DNA from: Candidatus Magasanikiibacteriota bacterium
GTDB lineage: Bacteria > Patescibacteriota > Patescibacteriia > Magasanikbacterales > UBA922
Length of the DNA stretch: 64,000 bases
Assembly: GCA_003482855.1 (NCBI GenBank)
Contig: DMXO01000005.1
Span: 227,719-291,718, forward strand
Direction: 5' to 3'
The notes below the pieces were generated by a model. It did not search any database. It was not told the DNA's origin and saw only the letters and a program-made list of their open reading frames with translations. Position numbers and translations under genes: made by a program. Positions 1-7,911 of this stretch are shown here, piece by piece. The stretch's first letter is position 1. Every line of letters begins with the position of its first letter.

Positions 1-24
1 TTACTTTTTCATTTACTTTTTCTC

Positions 25-1479
25 TTGTTTCAAGTAAAATATAGCCATATGTCGAGTTCTGTAGCCAAAAATACAGCGTTTATGACTGTCGCTTCTATAT
101 TGCAAAAGGTGATTTCTTTTGGATATTTTGCAATTATCGCGCGAAACATCGGTGCTGAAGATACGGGAAAATATTTTTTTGCGTTGTCTTTTACGACTAT
201 ATTTGTTGTCTTTGTTGACTTGGGACTTACCAATGTATTGGTGCGTGAGGGGGCTAAAATAAAAGAAAAAATTCAAGATTATTTTTCTACTATCTTGTTT
301 GCAAAATTTCTTTTGGGCATCATCACATACATAGTTGCTATCATAGTCATTAATGTCATGGGTTATTCATCTGAGACACGGTATCTCGTATATATTTCCG
401 GTATTACCATGCTCCTTGATTCGTTTCATCTATCTATGTATGGTACATTGCGCGCCTTGGGTAATCTGAAGTATGAGGCTATAGGTATTGTGGGGAGTCA
501 ACTCGTGACATGTATACTTGGGTCATTGTTTTTGTGGATGAAATTACCTCTTGTATATCTCATGGTTGCCTTCTTTGCTTCGAGCGCATTGAATGTGCTT
601 TTTGCGTATATTATTGTGCATCATGTCTATCATATTCGCGTCCGCTTACAGTATGACAAAGCTGTTTTGAAATACATTGTTCCTATTGTTATTCCCTTTG
701 CACTTGCAGGTATTTTTGGCAGAGTCTACTCGTACATAGATTCTATTTTGTTGTCAAAATTGGCAGGGGACACTGTCGTAGGGTGGTACAGTATTCCTTA
801 CAAAATTACCTATGCCTTTCAATTCATACCCATGGCGCTTGTCGCAGCATTGTATCCACGTTTTAGTGAATATTTTATACATGACAAAGAAAAATTACAT
901 TACGTGTTTCATCAAGGTATAAAATATTTGTTACTAGTGTCATTGCCGCTTGCGGTAGGTATATCTCTTTTATCACGAGATCTTGTATTATTTTTGTTTA
1001 CCCATGAATATATCAATTCTATTGTACCCCTAGAGATTTTGATGATCGGCATGGTATTTGGATATCTCAATTTTCATATAGGTGCTTTGCTCAACGCTTG
1101 TAACAAACAAGTCACTCAAACTGTGCTTGTCGGGATCGTCATGGTAGTAAATATAGTACTCAATATTGTCCTTATACCTCGTTATGGAGCCACAGGAGCT
1201 GCTTTTGCAGCCGTTTTGGGTAATGTAGGGCTTATGAGTATGAGTTTGTTTATTGTTCCAAAAATCATCGCATTTAATTTCAATTTTTTATTATCAACAA
1301 TCGTACGTCTTGGATTCTCTGTGACAATCATGGGTGCTATAGTGTGGTATACTAATATGTACATAGGCCTTATACCTGCTATCTTGGCAGGCGTTGTGTC
1401 ATATATGGGTATGCTATTTATTGTACGGGCAGTGAAAAGTACTCAAATCAAAGAAATGTTATACCTTATTAGAAAGTAA
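25..1479 (+). CDS. polysaccharide/oligosaccharide flippase family membrane protein (Wzx/MurJ-like)
   Basis: 484-aa ORF, about 12-14 hydrophobic helices, N-terminal pattern typical of Wzx-type flippases. Alternative ATG at 49 (MSSSVAK). Followed by a GT4 glycosyltransferase. Confidence 0.6.
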   Translation: MFQVKYSHMSSSVAKNTAFMTVASILQKVISFGYFAIIARNIGAEDTGKYFFALSFTTIFVVFVDLGLTNVLVREGAKIKEKIQDYFSTILFAKFLLGIITYIVAIIVINVMGYSSETRYLVYISGITMLLDSFHLSMYGTLRALGNLKYEAIGIVGSQLVTCILGSLFLWMKLPLVYLMVAFFASSALNVLFAYIIVHHVYHIRVRLQYDKAVLKYIVPIVIPFALAGIFGRVYSYIDSILLSKLAGDTVVGWYSIPYKITYAFQFIPMALVAALYPRFSEYFIHDKEKLHYVFHQGIKYLLLVSLPLAVGISLLSRDLVLFLFTHEYINSIVPLEILMIGMVFGYLNFHIGALLNACNKQVTQTVLVGIVMVVNIVLNIVLIPRYGATGAAFAAVLGNVGLMSMSLFIVPKIIAFNFNFLLSTIVRLGFSVTIMGAIVWYTNMYIGLIPAILAGVVSYMGMLFIVRAVKSTQIKEMLYLIRK

Positions 1480-1484
1480 TACAT

Positions 1485-2642
1485 ATGAAAAAAATTCTTA
1501 TCACCACACTTGAATATCCGCCCCAAATAGGTGGTATTGCGACGTATGTGCATCAAATGGCTCAAGCTCTTGATACAGAAAAAGTAGTGGTTCTTGCTCC
1601 AAAAATGAAAGGGGATAAGGAGTGGGATGAACAAGTGAAATACAAAGTGATTCGCAAAAATCAATTATTTCCCAAATTTATTTGGCCTCGCTGGATAAAA
1701 GTTATTTTTCAAATACGCAAAATTGTAAAGCAAGAGGGGATTGAAATAATTCTGATTAATCATGTATTACCTATTGGCTATGCCGGATGGTTTATCAAAA
1801 AAATGTTCAAAGTTCCTTATATTATTGTTTCTCATGGTACTGACATACTCATGGGCACACGCAATGCATGGAAGACGAACATGATGAAAAAAGTTGTCAC
1901 TCTAGCTGAACAGATTATTTTCAATAGTGAGTCGTTGAGACGACATTTTCTTCGTGTACTTCCTGAATTTGAGAACAAATCAACGGTTTCATATCCATGT
2001 CCGGACAAAGATTTACTCATACCCCCACTGTCAGAAAAAGTAGATAGTTTGCGTCGTATGCTCGCGCTTGAGGGCAAAAAAGTAATGCTCACCGTGTCGC
2101 GTATGGATGAAGGCAAGGGATTCCCTCATTTGGTACGTGCTTTGCCTGCCATATTGAAGAGTGAGCCCCATGCTGTGTGGGTGATTATAGGAGATGGCCC
2201 CAAACGAAAGGAAATTTTGGATGATATACAAAAACATAGTTTACAAAATGTTGTCCGCTATATCGGAGAAGTACCCCATCAAGATCTAAAAACGTATTAT
2301 TACTTGGCAGACTTGTTTGTTTTATTTACCCATCCTGATGAAGGTAGAGAAGAAGGTCTTGGATTAGTATTTTTGGAAGCAGCGGCAGCTGGGTTGCCTG
2401 TTGTGGCAGGCAAGAGTGGCGGCGTAGAGGAGGCAGTAGTGCACACGCAGACAGGTGTTATTATAGATATAAGGCAACAAGCTATGGCTATGAGTGATTC
2501 TATAGTCGCATTGTTGCACAATGGAGATTATGCCTCTCAACTAGGGCAACAGGCACGAGCGCGTATCGAGTCTGACTTTAGGTGGGATCATCAATTGCAA
2601 AAGCTAGAGCCGTGGATTGGTAATATCAATTTTCAACAATAA
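1485..2642 (+). CDS. glycosyltransferase family 4 (GT-B fold)
   Basis: 385 aa. C-terminal EGFGLVFLEAAAAGLPVVA motif (EX7E-type GT1/GT4 signature). 5 nt after the flippase stop. Confidence 0.75.
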   Translation: MKKILITTLEYPPQIGGIATYVHQMAQALDTEKVVVLAPKMKGDKEWDEQVKYKVIRKNQLFPKFIWPRWIKVIFQIRKIVKQEGIEIILINHVLPIGYAGWFIKKMFKVPYIIVSHGTDILMGTRNAWKTNMMKKVVTLAEQIIFNSESLRRHFLRVLPEFENKSTVSYPCPDKDLLIPPLSEKVDSLRRMLALEGKKVMLTVSRMDEGKGFPHLVRALPAILKSEPHAVWVIIGDGPKRKEILDDIQKHSLQNVVRYIGEVPHQDLKTYYYLADLFVLFTHPDEGREEGLGLVFLEAAAAGLPVVAGKSGGVEEAVVHTQTGVIIDIRQQAMAMSDSIVALLHNGDYASQLGQQARARIESDFRWDHQLQKLEPWIGNINFQQ

Positions 2643-3265
2643 TGTATATGAAAGATATCCAACTTAAAGAGCACGAGCGAATCGTAGATGAAGTACGACA
2701 ATATGGACTGACTACTATATGGTCATGGATAGGAGGTATATTGTTGTTATTTTTGGCTGCTTTTTTTATGTTTTGGCTATTTCAACATGCGTGGTGGGGC
2801 CAGAGTTTATTTGGGTTGTTAGTTTTTTTTGGTTTTTTTGTTATGCTACGTACATATATGCTGTGGAAGAAAAATGTCTTTTTTATCACGACCCATCGGC
2901 TCATAGATATAGAACAACAGGGTTTTTTTCATCGGGTTGTATCTGAAATTCCGTATGACCAGATAGAGGATGTATCAGGGAAGGTGAGTGGAATATGCGG
3001 AACTATATTTCGATATGGGGATGTGCATATACAGACAGGGAATGGCAAAATAAAAATTATTGTTCCATACATAAAACGTCCTCTCCAGCTCCAACAACAG
3101 ATCAATGAAATGCGTGAACGCTATATATCAAAATACTCACATGATTTTAGTGGGGATGTCGCAGAAGTGGTTATTGATAAATTATACGAACTCGAATTAT
3201 CAGATTTGAGGCGTGTTCAGAAAGTATTAGACAAGAGAATTGAAAAATTGAATATTGAGAAGTAG
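2642..3265 (+). CDS. membrane protein with bacterial PH-like domain (YdbT/bPH_2-like), hypothetical
   Basis: 207 aa. Two TM helices near the N-terminus followed by a soluble domain, coiled-coil tail. Start overlaps the GT4 stop. Confidence 0.4.
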   Translation: MYMKDIQLKEHERIVDEVRQYGLTTIWSWIGGILLLFLAAFFMFWLFQHAWWGQSLFGLLVFFGFFVMLRTYMLWKKNVFFITTHRLIDIEQQGFFHRVVSEIPYDQIEDVSGKVSGICGTIFRYGDVHIQTGNGKIKIIVPYIKRPLQLQQQINEMRERYISKYSHDFSGDVAEVVIDKLYELELSDLRRVQKVLDKRIEKLNIEK

Positions 3266-3282
3266 TTAAATATAAGCACTGT

Positions 3283-3349
3283 CACGGCGCTTGAAATTCC
3301 GTCGCTCGCCCTAGATGCAAGTAAACTTGCGCCTGTGGGCTCGCTAGGA
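3283..3349. repeat. short copy of a dispersed GC-rich element family (related to 10934-11105 and 12791-12940)
   Basis: Shares tccgtcgctcgcc..ctag..tgcaagtaaa..gggctcgct with element A (10997-11060). An exact 10-mer tgcaagtaaa is shared. Lies in the 3' UTR between gene 2642-3265 and the bidirectional terminator. Confidence 0.4.
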
Positions 3350-3354
3350 ATTAT

Positions 3355-3698
3355 AAAAAATCCACCCCGTATATTCAGGGTGGTTTTTATATTGGAGTGG
3401 CATCGTTTGGAAGACGGCGGAGTACGATGCTCACTCCGTTTCCGGGTTTGTGTTTGCCGAATCACGCGATCTCCTCGCTGAGGTGGTAGACGTGAATTTG
3501 GCGATGATCGTGCGTTCCCCCGAGGATACCGGTCCACTCGAGGGTGTGCCTGTCCATGAATTCCCTGACCGAGATGGGGTCGTTTGACCTGATCTCGGTT
3601 GAGATTTCGTGGCACGCACCACAACCGCAACACCTTACCCGGAACCTGAGGTGGTAGACAAACCACCCTTTCATGAAACCCTCCGAAGATATTTGCCA
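3355..3698 (-). ncRNA. structured standalone ncRNA (~344 nt), class unresolved; weak RNase P RNA-like features
   Basis: No ORF on the sense strand. GC ~55% against ~35% background. Upstream TTGACA(3732-3727)-15nt-TATAGT(3711-3706) on the - strand, with intrinsic terminator CCACCC..GGGUGG+U6 at 3355-3388. Long-range helix UUCCGGGU/ACCCGGAA (RNA positions 55-62/252-259) and a second helix 80-85/184-189. Local hairpins GGUGGU-UUGUCU-ACCACC and CCGAGAU..AUCUCGG. 3' pseudoknot (loop GCAUCGU pairs ACGAUGC). 14-nt direct repeat GUCUACCACCUCAG x2. The motif ACAAACCCGG resembles RNase P CR-V, but the J3/4 GGAAAG motif is absent. Confidence 0.55.
3362..3388. terminator. bidirectional intrinsic terminator
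   Basis: ccaccc-cgtatattca-gggtgg hairpin flanked by an A6 run (3355-3360) and a T5 run (3384-3388). Ends both the + gene 2642-3265 and the - strand ncRNA. Confidence 0.7.
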
Positions 3699-3705
3699 TA
3701 TCAAT

Positions 3706-3732
3706 ACTATAGACAAATAGAAGATATGTCAA
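3706..3732 (-). promoter_or_regulatory. sigma70-like promoter for the - strand ncRNA
   Basis: Minus strand reads TTGACA-tatcttctatttgtc-TATAGT. Predicted TSS near 3698. Confidence 0.5.
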
Positions 3733-3759
3733 ATATTATTTTTGTGATATACTAATGTC

Positions 3760-4185
3760 ATGAAGCACGACCAACAATCATCCGTGAGGCGATTTTTTGC
3801 ATCGCGCACTTTTTTAATTATTGCACTTGCTGTCATGACAGTATTTGCTTTTGGATTTGCACGCGCTTATTACCAGGATTACAAAGTCAAAAGAGAAATA
3901 CGACAGCTTGAAGACGAACTTTCAAGACTTGAAAAAAGAAAGCTAGAGTCAGTAGAAATTTTGAAGTATGTGACGAGCAATACCTATGTAGAGGATGCTG
4001 CCCGCACAGAGCTCAATATGCAAGCTCCTGGGGAGCATGTAATTTTTCTTCAAGATACACAGGATAACAGCGCTATACAAGATAGTGTGGGAGAGGTTGC
4101 CATAGAAGATGGACAAAATATGCCAAATCCGGTAAAATGGTTCTATTATTTTATTCACAAACAGCCCCTCGAAGAGGAGCATTAA
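3760..4185 (+). CDS. septum formation initiator family protein (FtsB/DivIC-like)
   Basis: 141 aa. N-terminal TM helix, then a coiled coil (REIRQLEDELSRLEKRKLE) and a conserved beta region (YVEDAARTELNMQAPGEHVI). Confidence 0.6.
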   Translation: MKHDQQSSVRRFFASRTFLIIALAVMTVFAFGFARAYYQDYKVKREIRQLEDELSRLEKRKLESVEILKYVTSNTYVEDAARTELNMQAPGEHVIFLQDTQDNSAIQDSVGEVAIEDGQNMPNPVKWFYYFIHKQPLEEEH

Positions 4186-4198
4186 ACATTTTATTTTT

Positions 4199-5278
4199 AT
4201 GGAAAACGAAAATAAACCTATAGAAGAGGTGCAAGACCAGGGTGAAAAGAAGACCCCATCTTCACGCAACGCAGGTACTATGTTGTTGCTTGGACTGGTT
4301 GTTGCATTAATCGTTGGTGTTGGTGCTCTTTATTTTGTCGGAGTACGCGGTGTGAAGAGTCAATCCCAGACACCTGTTGTTATGAAGATTGCACAAGTCT
4401 TTCATTTGCCCATAGCAAAAGTAAATGGAGAAAGTGTTCTCTATACTGATTTCATAGATAATGTGCAAGCTATGCAACATTTTTATGATACTGATACAGA
4501 AAGTCTGCCTCGTCCTACAGATGAAGAGATGTCAGACTATGTATTGAGTCGTCTGATTATAAATAAATTGGTAGCAGATTCTGCAAAGGAGATGGATGTG
4601 ACATTGAGCCAGGAAGAAGTAGACAAAGTAGTCGATGAACAGATTTTACCTAATTTTGAAAATAGGGAGAAAGCAGAAGAAGAAATAAAAAATAGGTATG
4701 GTTGGTCGTTTGATACATTTGTCAATACTATTGTGCGCCCTACTGAGCTTGAGAAGAAATTATCTGAAACCTATGCTGCTGCTCATGAGCCTGATGATGA
4801 GACAACAAAGGCACAAGCGCAGAGTGTACTTGAACAAATCAAGAATGGCGGAGATTTTGAAGCGCTTGCGAAACAATATGGTTCTGACGGTACCAAAGAC
4901 CAAGGTGGAGATTTGGGTTGGTTTGGCAAGGGAGTCATGATTCCTGAATTTGAGGAGGTCGCTTTTGCTCTCGAAAAAGGTGAATTGAATTCAGAATTAG
5001 TAAAAACTGAATTTGGGTATCATATTATACGAGTGGACGACAAACGCATGACAGCAAATGAAGAGACAGGCGTTGAAGAGGAAGAAGTGAAGGCTCGTCA
5101 TATTTTGTTTCCGGTTGGTACAACAGGAGCAGACTTATTTCGCGATTATATGAATGGACAATTGAGCAAATCAAATATACAAGTCGCTGAAGGTATACAC
5201 AATCCGTTTGAAGAATTTTTTGCGCAACAACAAGCCCTAGAGTCTGGAGATACCCAAGAACAGAATCAGGACAAATAA
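4199..5278 (+). CDS. peptidyl-prolyl cis-trans isomerase, PpiC/parvulin type (PrsA/SurA-like foldase), membrane anchored
   Basis: 359 aa. N-terminal TM anchor. Parvulin signature GDLGWFGKGVMIPEFEEVAF...GYHIIRV. Confidence 0.75.
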   Translation: MENENKPIEEVQDQGEKKTPSSRNAGTMLLLGLVVALIVGVGALYFVGVRGVKSQSQTPVVMKIAQVFHLPIAKVNGESVLYTDFIDNVQAMQHFYDTDTESLPRPTDEEMSDYVLSRLIINKLVADSAKEMDVTLSQEEVDKVVDEQILPNFENREKAEEEIKNRYGWSFDTFVNTIVRPTELEKKLSETYAAAHEPDDETTKAQAQSVLEQIKNGGDFEALAKQYGSDGTKDQGGDLGWFGKGVMIPEFEEVAFALEKGELNSELVKTEFGYHIIRVDDKRMTANEETGVEEEEVKARHILFPVGTTGADLFRDYMNGQLSKSNIQVAEGIHNPFEEFFAQQQALESGDTQEQNQDK

Positions 5279-5323
5279 TTATAAGTAATAAAATTTCCTT
5301 AGTGCATACTGAGGAAATTTTAT

Positions 5324-5394
5324 GCGGGTATAGTATAATGGTAATATGTATCCTTCCCAAGGATAAGCCACGGGTTCGATTCCCGTTACCCGCT
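5324..5394 (+). tRNA. tRNA-Gly (anticodon CCC)
   Basis: Manual cloverleaf. Acceptor GCGGGTA/TACCCGC, D-stem GTAT/ATAT, anticodon stem TATCC/GGATA with loop TTCCCAA, T-arm ACGGG-TTCGATT-CCCGT, discriminator T. CCA not encoded. Confidence 0.8.
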
Positions 5395-5396
5395 CT

Positions 5397-5729
5397 ATGC
5401 TCAAAGACTCTCAATTTGTAAAAATAAAAGTTACTGTACCTTATGAAGCTTTTGAACGCGTACGCCATGCGCTGGGGGAAGCTGGGGCTGGGAGATTAGG
5501 GAATTATGACCATTGTTCATACTCATACCCTGTAAAAGGAAAATTTAGGCCTTTGGAGGGTGCTCACCCTGCCATTGGGGATGTTGGCAAACACGAAGAA
5601 GTAGATGAGATATGCATTGAATGTATTTGCCACAAAGATAAACTTCAGGGCGCTATTGAGGCATTACGAAGAACTCATCCGTATGAAGAGCCGGCGATTG
5701 ACATTCTTCCTCGTTATGAGATAGAATAG
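5397..5729 (+). CDS. cutA: divalent-cation tolerance protein CutA (PII-like fold)
   Basis: 110 aa. C-terminal HPYEEPAIDILP matches the CutA1 signature HPY(E/Q)xPE. Starts 3 nt after tRNA-Gly. Confidence 0.55.
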   Translation: MLKDSQFVKIKVTVPYEAFERVRHALGEAGAGRLGNYDHCSYSYPVKGKFRPLEGAHPAIGDVGKHEEVDEICIECICHKDKLQGAIEALRRTHPYEEPAIDILPRYEIE

Positions 5730-5750
5730 TGGCCAACGCGGCCATTTTAT
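5730..5750 (+). terminator. intrinsic terminator
   Basis: TGGCC-aacgc-GGCCA followed by TTTT. Confidence 0.55.
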
Positions 5751-5765
5751 GTTAATTTATTGTGT

Positions 5766-5836
5766 GCCCCTTTAGTTCAGTGGCAGAACGGTGGTATCGT
5801 AAACCACATACATCAGTTCGATTCTGGTAGGGGGCT
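5766..5836 (+). tRNA. tRNA-Thr (anticodon CGT)
   Basis: Acceptor GCCCCTT/AGGGGGC, D-arm GTTC-AGTGGCA-GAAC, anticodon stem GTGGT/ACCAC with loop ATCGTAA, T-arm ATCAG-TTCGATT-CTGGT, discriminator T. CCA not encoded. Confidence 0.8.
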
Positions 5837-5961
5837 CTGATGCGATGCATTTTCCGACATAAAGTCGGGATAAACTCCACGCGTAGATCATATATGGGTT
5901 TCCACCAAAGGCGGATCCACCTTGGATGGACGGATCCTCGCAGATGGCTCGAATTTATTGA

Positions 5962-5985
5962 CAGGATATTGTATCCTGTTTTTTC
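5962..5985 (+). terminator. intrinsic terminator downstream of tRNA-Thr
   Basis: CAGGATA-ttg-TATCCTG followed by T6. Confidence 0.6.
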
Positions 5986-6009
5986 ATTTTATGATATACT
6001 GTTGATATT

Positions 6010-6690
6010 ATGATTGTCCTCAAAAATGTTTCAAAACAATATACGCGTGATAGCGTAGGGTTGAAAGAAGTCAACCTTCACATCGAAGCAGGTGAGTTTG
6101 TCTCTGTTGTTGGCCAAAGTGGCACTGGCAAGACAACAATGGTGAAGTTACTTATTGCAGAAGAGCACCCGACATCGGGTGTTGTTGAGGTTGGTGGATG
6201 GAATATTTCCAGTATCAAATCTCACGATATTCCATTGCTCCGTCGCCAGATAGGAGTTATTTTTCAGGATTTTAAATTATTGGCCAAGAAAACAGTAGAA
6301 GAAAATGTATCGTTTGCTTTGGAAGTAGCTGGTGAATCAAGAGCACGTATTAGACAAGTTGTGCCGCGTGTGTTGGATATTGTGGGCTTATCTCACAAAA
6401 ATGAAAGATATCCACATCAACTTTCTGGTGGAGAACAACAACGTGTTGCTATTGCTCGCTCTCTTGTCCATAGACCAAAAATTTTGGTAGCAGACGAGCC
6501 TACCGGGAATCTTGATTCTATCAATACTCAAGAGATTATAGAAATACTTAAAAAAATAAATGAATTTGGCACTACTATATTATTGGTTACACACAATAGG
6601 GAAGTAGTAAATCATCTCAAACGTCGTGTAGTGACGCTTCACGATGGGCGTGTCGTCTCTGACGAACATAAAGGAAAATACAGAATATGA
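6010..6690 (+). CDS. ftsE: cell division ATP-binding protein FtsE
   Basis: 226 aa. Walker [13 protein letters not shown] signature [16 protein letters not shown], Walker [13 protein letters not shown]. Followed by ftsX with an ATGA overlap. Confidence 0.9.
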   Translation: MIVLKNVSKQYTRDSVGLKEVNLHIEAGEFVSVVGQSGTGKTTMVKLLIAEEHPTSGVVEVGGWNISSIKSHDIPLLRRQIGVIFQDFKLLAKKTVEENVSFALEVAGESRARIRQVVPRVLDIVGLSHKNERYPHQLSGGEQQRVAIARSLVHRPKILVADEPTGNLDSINTQEIIEILKKINEFGTTILLVTHNREVVNHLKRRVVTLHDGRVVSDEHKGKYRI

Positions 6691-7598
6691 TTTCTTCGTT
6701 GTTTCGTATTGTAAAATTTTCTCTCCAAGATATTGTGCGCAATATGAGTTTGTCGTTTATGACATTACTTATTTTGATTCTCATGTTGTTGTCCATCAAT
6801 ACGCTCATCGTCGTTCGCGTATTGACACAGGAATCTATACAGACAGTGAAAGAGCAGATTGATGTAAGTATTTATTTTCATCCAGAGTCGAGCGATGAAG
6901 AAATTAAAGAAGTGCGAGATTATATACATTCCTTTCCAGAAGTTACACAAGAGACATTTTTGACTAAAGAGCAAGTCCTTGAGAGCTTCAAGACGCATTA
7001 TGCTGACAATGAAGAAATCATTGCGTCTCTGAGTGAGTTGGATGAGAATCCTCTTGGTCCTACACTGGTCGTGAAAACGCGTGAGCCGAGAGACTATGAG
7101 AAGATTATAGACGCATTGAGCGTGCCTGAATATGAAAATATTATAGAAGCAAAGACATTTGGAGACACTCAGACAGCTATTGAAAGAATTCATGCTATTA
7201 CTACTCAGGTGGAGCGTTTTACTTATTTTTTGACGGGCTTATTCGCGATTATTGCATTTGTTATTATTTTCAATACTATACGCGTCGCTATATATACTCA
7301 ACGTGCAGAGATAGGTATCAAGCGTCTCGTTGGCGCTACCAATTGGTTTATTCGAGGTCCTTACTTTATTGAGTCATTGTTGTTTACGATCATAAGTGTC
7401 GCCTTGACGTATGGTTTGGTACATGTCGCTTTGTCATTTATTGATCCCTATATAGGCGTTATCTTTGGAGACCCTTCATTACTGACCAATTATTTCTATG
7501 GTCATATCATGACTATTTTGGGTATAGAATTTGGTGCAGTATTTTTACTTACTATTATTTCCAGTGGACTGGCTATGAGGAGATATTTGAGGACGTAA
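6687..7598 (+). CDS. ftsX: cell division permease-like protein FtsX
   Basis: 303 aa. N-terminal TM, then a large extracellular domain and 3 C-terminal TM helices. Translationally coupled to ftsE. Confidence 0.85.
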   Translation: MISSLFRIVKFSLQDIVRNMSLSFMTLLILILMLLSINTLIVVRVLTQESIQTVKEQIDVSIYFHPESSDEEIKEVRDYIHSFPEVTQETFLTKEQVLESFKTHYADNEEIIASLSELDENPLGPTLVVKTREPRDYEKIIDALSVPEYENIIEAKTFGDTQTAIERIHAITTQVERFTYFLTGLFAIIAFVIIFNTIRVAIYTQRAEIGIKRLVGATNWFIRGPYFIESLLFTIISVALTYGLVHVALSFIDPYIGVIFGDPSLLTNYFYGHIMTILGIEFGAVFLLTIISSGLAMRRYLRT

Positions 7599-7624
7599 TT
7601 CATTATGATGATAATAGTATCAAT

Positions 7625-7646
7625 AACCTCCCTTGCGGAGGTTTTA
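7625..7646 (+). terminator. intrinsic terminator after ftsX
   Basis: CCTCC-cttgc-GGAGG followed by TTTT. Confidence 0.65.
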
Positions 7647-7660
7647 TATACAGATAAATA

Positions 7661-7689
7661 TTGACAAAAAAACATAATTTTTGTATTAT
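7661..7689 (+). promoter_or_regulatory. near-consensus sigma70 promoter for tRNA-Gln
   Basis: TTGACA(7661-7666)-17nt-TATTAT(7684-7689), 13 nt upstream of the tRNA 5' end. Confidence 0.6.
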
Positions 7690-7702
7690 ATTATCGCTAT
7701 AT

Positions 7703-7773
7703 TCGGGGATCGTCTAATGGTAGGACATCAGGTTTTGGTCCTGAGTATCGGGGTTCAAATCCCTGTCCCCGAG
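7703..7773 (+). tRNA. tRNA-Gln (anticodon TTG)
   Basis: U1:A72 with G73 discriminator (GlnRS identity set). Acceptor TCGGGGA/TCCCCGA, U8, D-arm GTCT-AATGGTA-GGAC, anticodon stem TCAGG/CCTGA with loop TTTTGGT, T-arm CGGGG-TTCAAAT-CCCTG. CCA not encoded. Confidence 0.75.
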
Positions 7774-7795
7774 CCCAGTACCGTACGGTACTGGG
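7774..7795. repeat. perfect 22-nt palindrome immediately 3' of tRNA-Gln
   Basis: CCCAGTACCGTACGGTACTGGG is its own reverse complement. No T-tract follows. Confidence 0.6.
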
Positions 7796-7911
7796 CGAGC
7801 CACCAACTAGTGGTTTGCCTGGTATCTATGGAAATAAAAACATGGTATACTTTTACCATGTTTTTAAATTTTAAATTGTGCCTCAAATTAAAGAATGAAA
7901 AGTAATTTTTT

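Noticed and set aside
13-276. Antisense ORFs 13-276 and 30-233 at the window start
   Set aside because: Antisense to the conserved flippase N-terminus; low-complexity K/R-rich translation.
3355-3698. tmRNA identity for the structured RNA
   Set aside because: No tRNA-like T-arm (GUUCGA..CC), no acceptor pairing of the 5'/3' ends with a CCA-proximal stem, and no tag-peptide reading frame ending ..AA-stop.
3217-3732. Minus-strand ORFs of 171, 84 and 63 aa covering the GC-rich interval
   Set aside because: They lie in a GC-rich, highly self-complementary region with promoter and terminator signals of an RNA gene. Arg/Pro/Gly-rich translations are typical of spurious ORFs in GC islands. Interpreted as an ncRNA.
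5837-5961. 55-aa R-rich ORF and GGATCC-containing inverted repeats between tRNA-Thr and its terminator
   Set aside because: No RBS, Arg-rich low-complexity product. Likely just the tRNA 3' trailer.
7681-7905. 74-aa + strand ORF overlapping tRNA-Gln
   Set aside because: Fully overlaps a well-formed tRNA, its promoter and palindrome; spurious.
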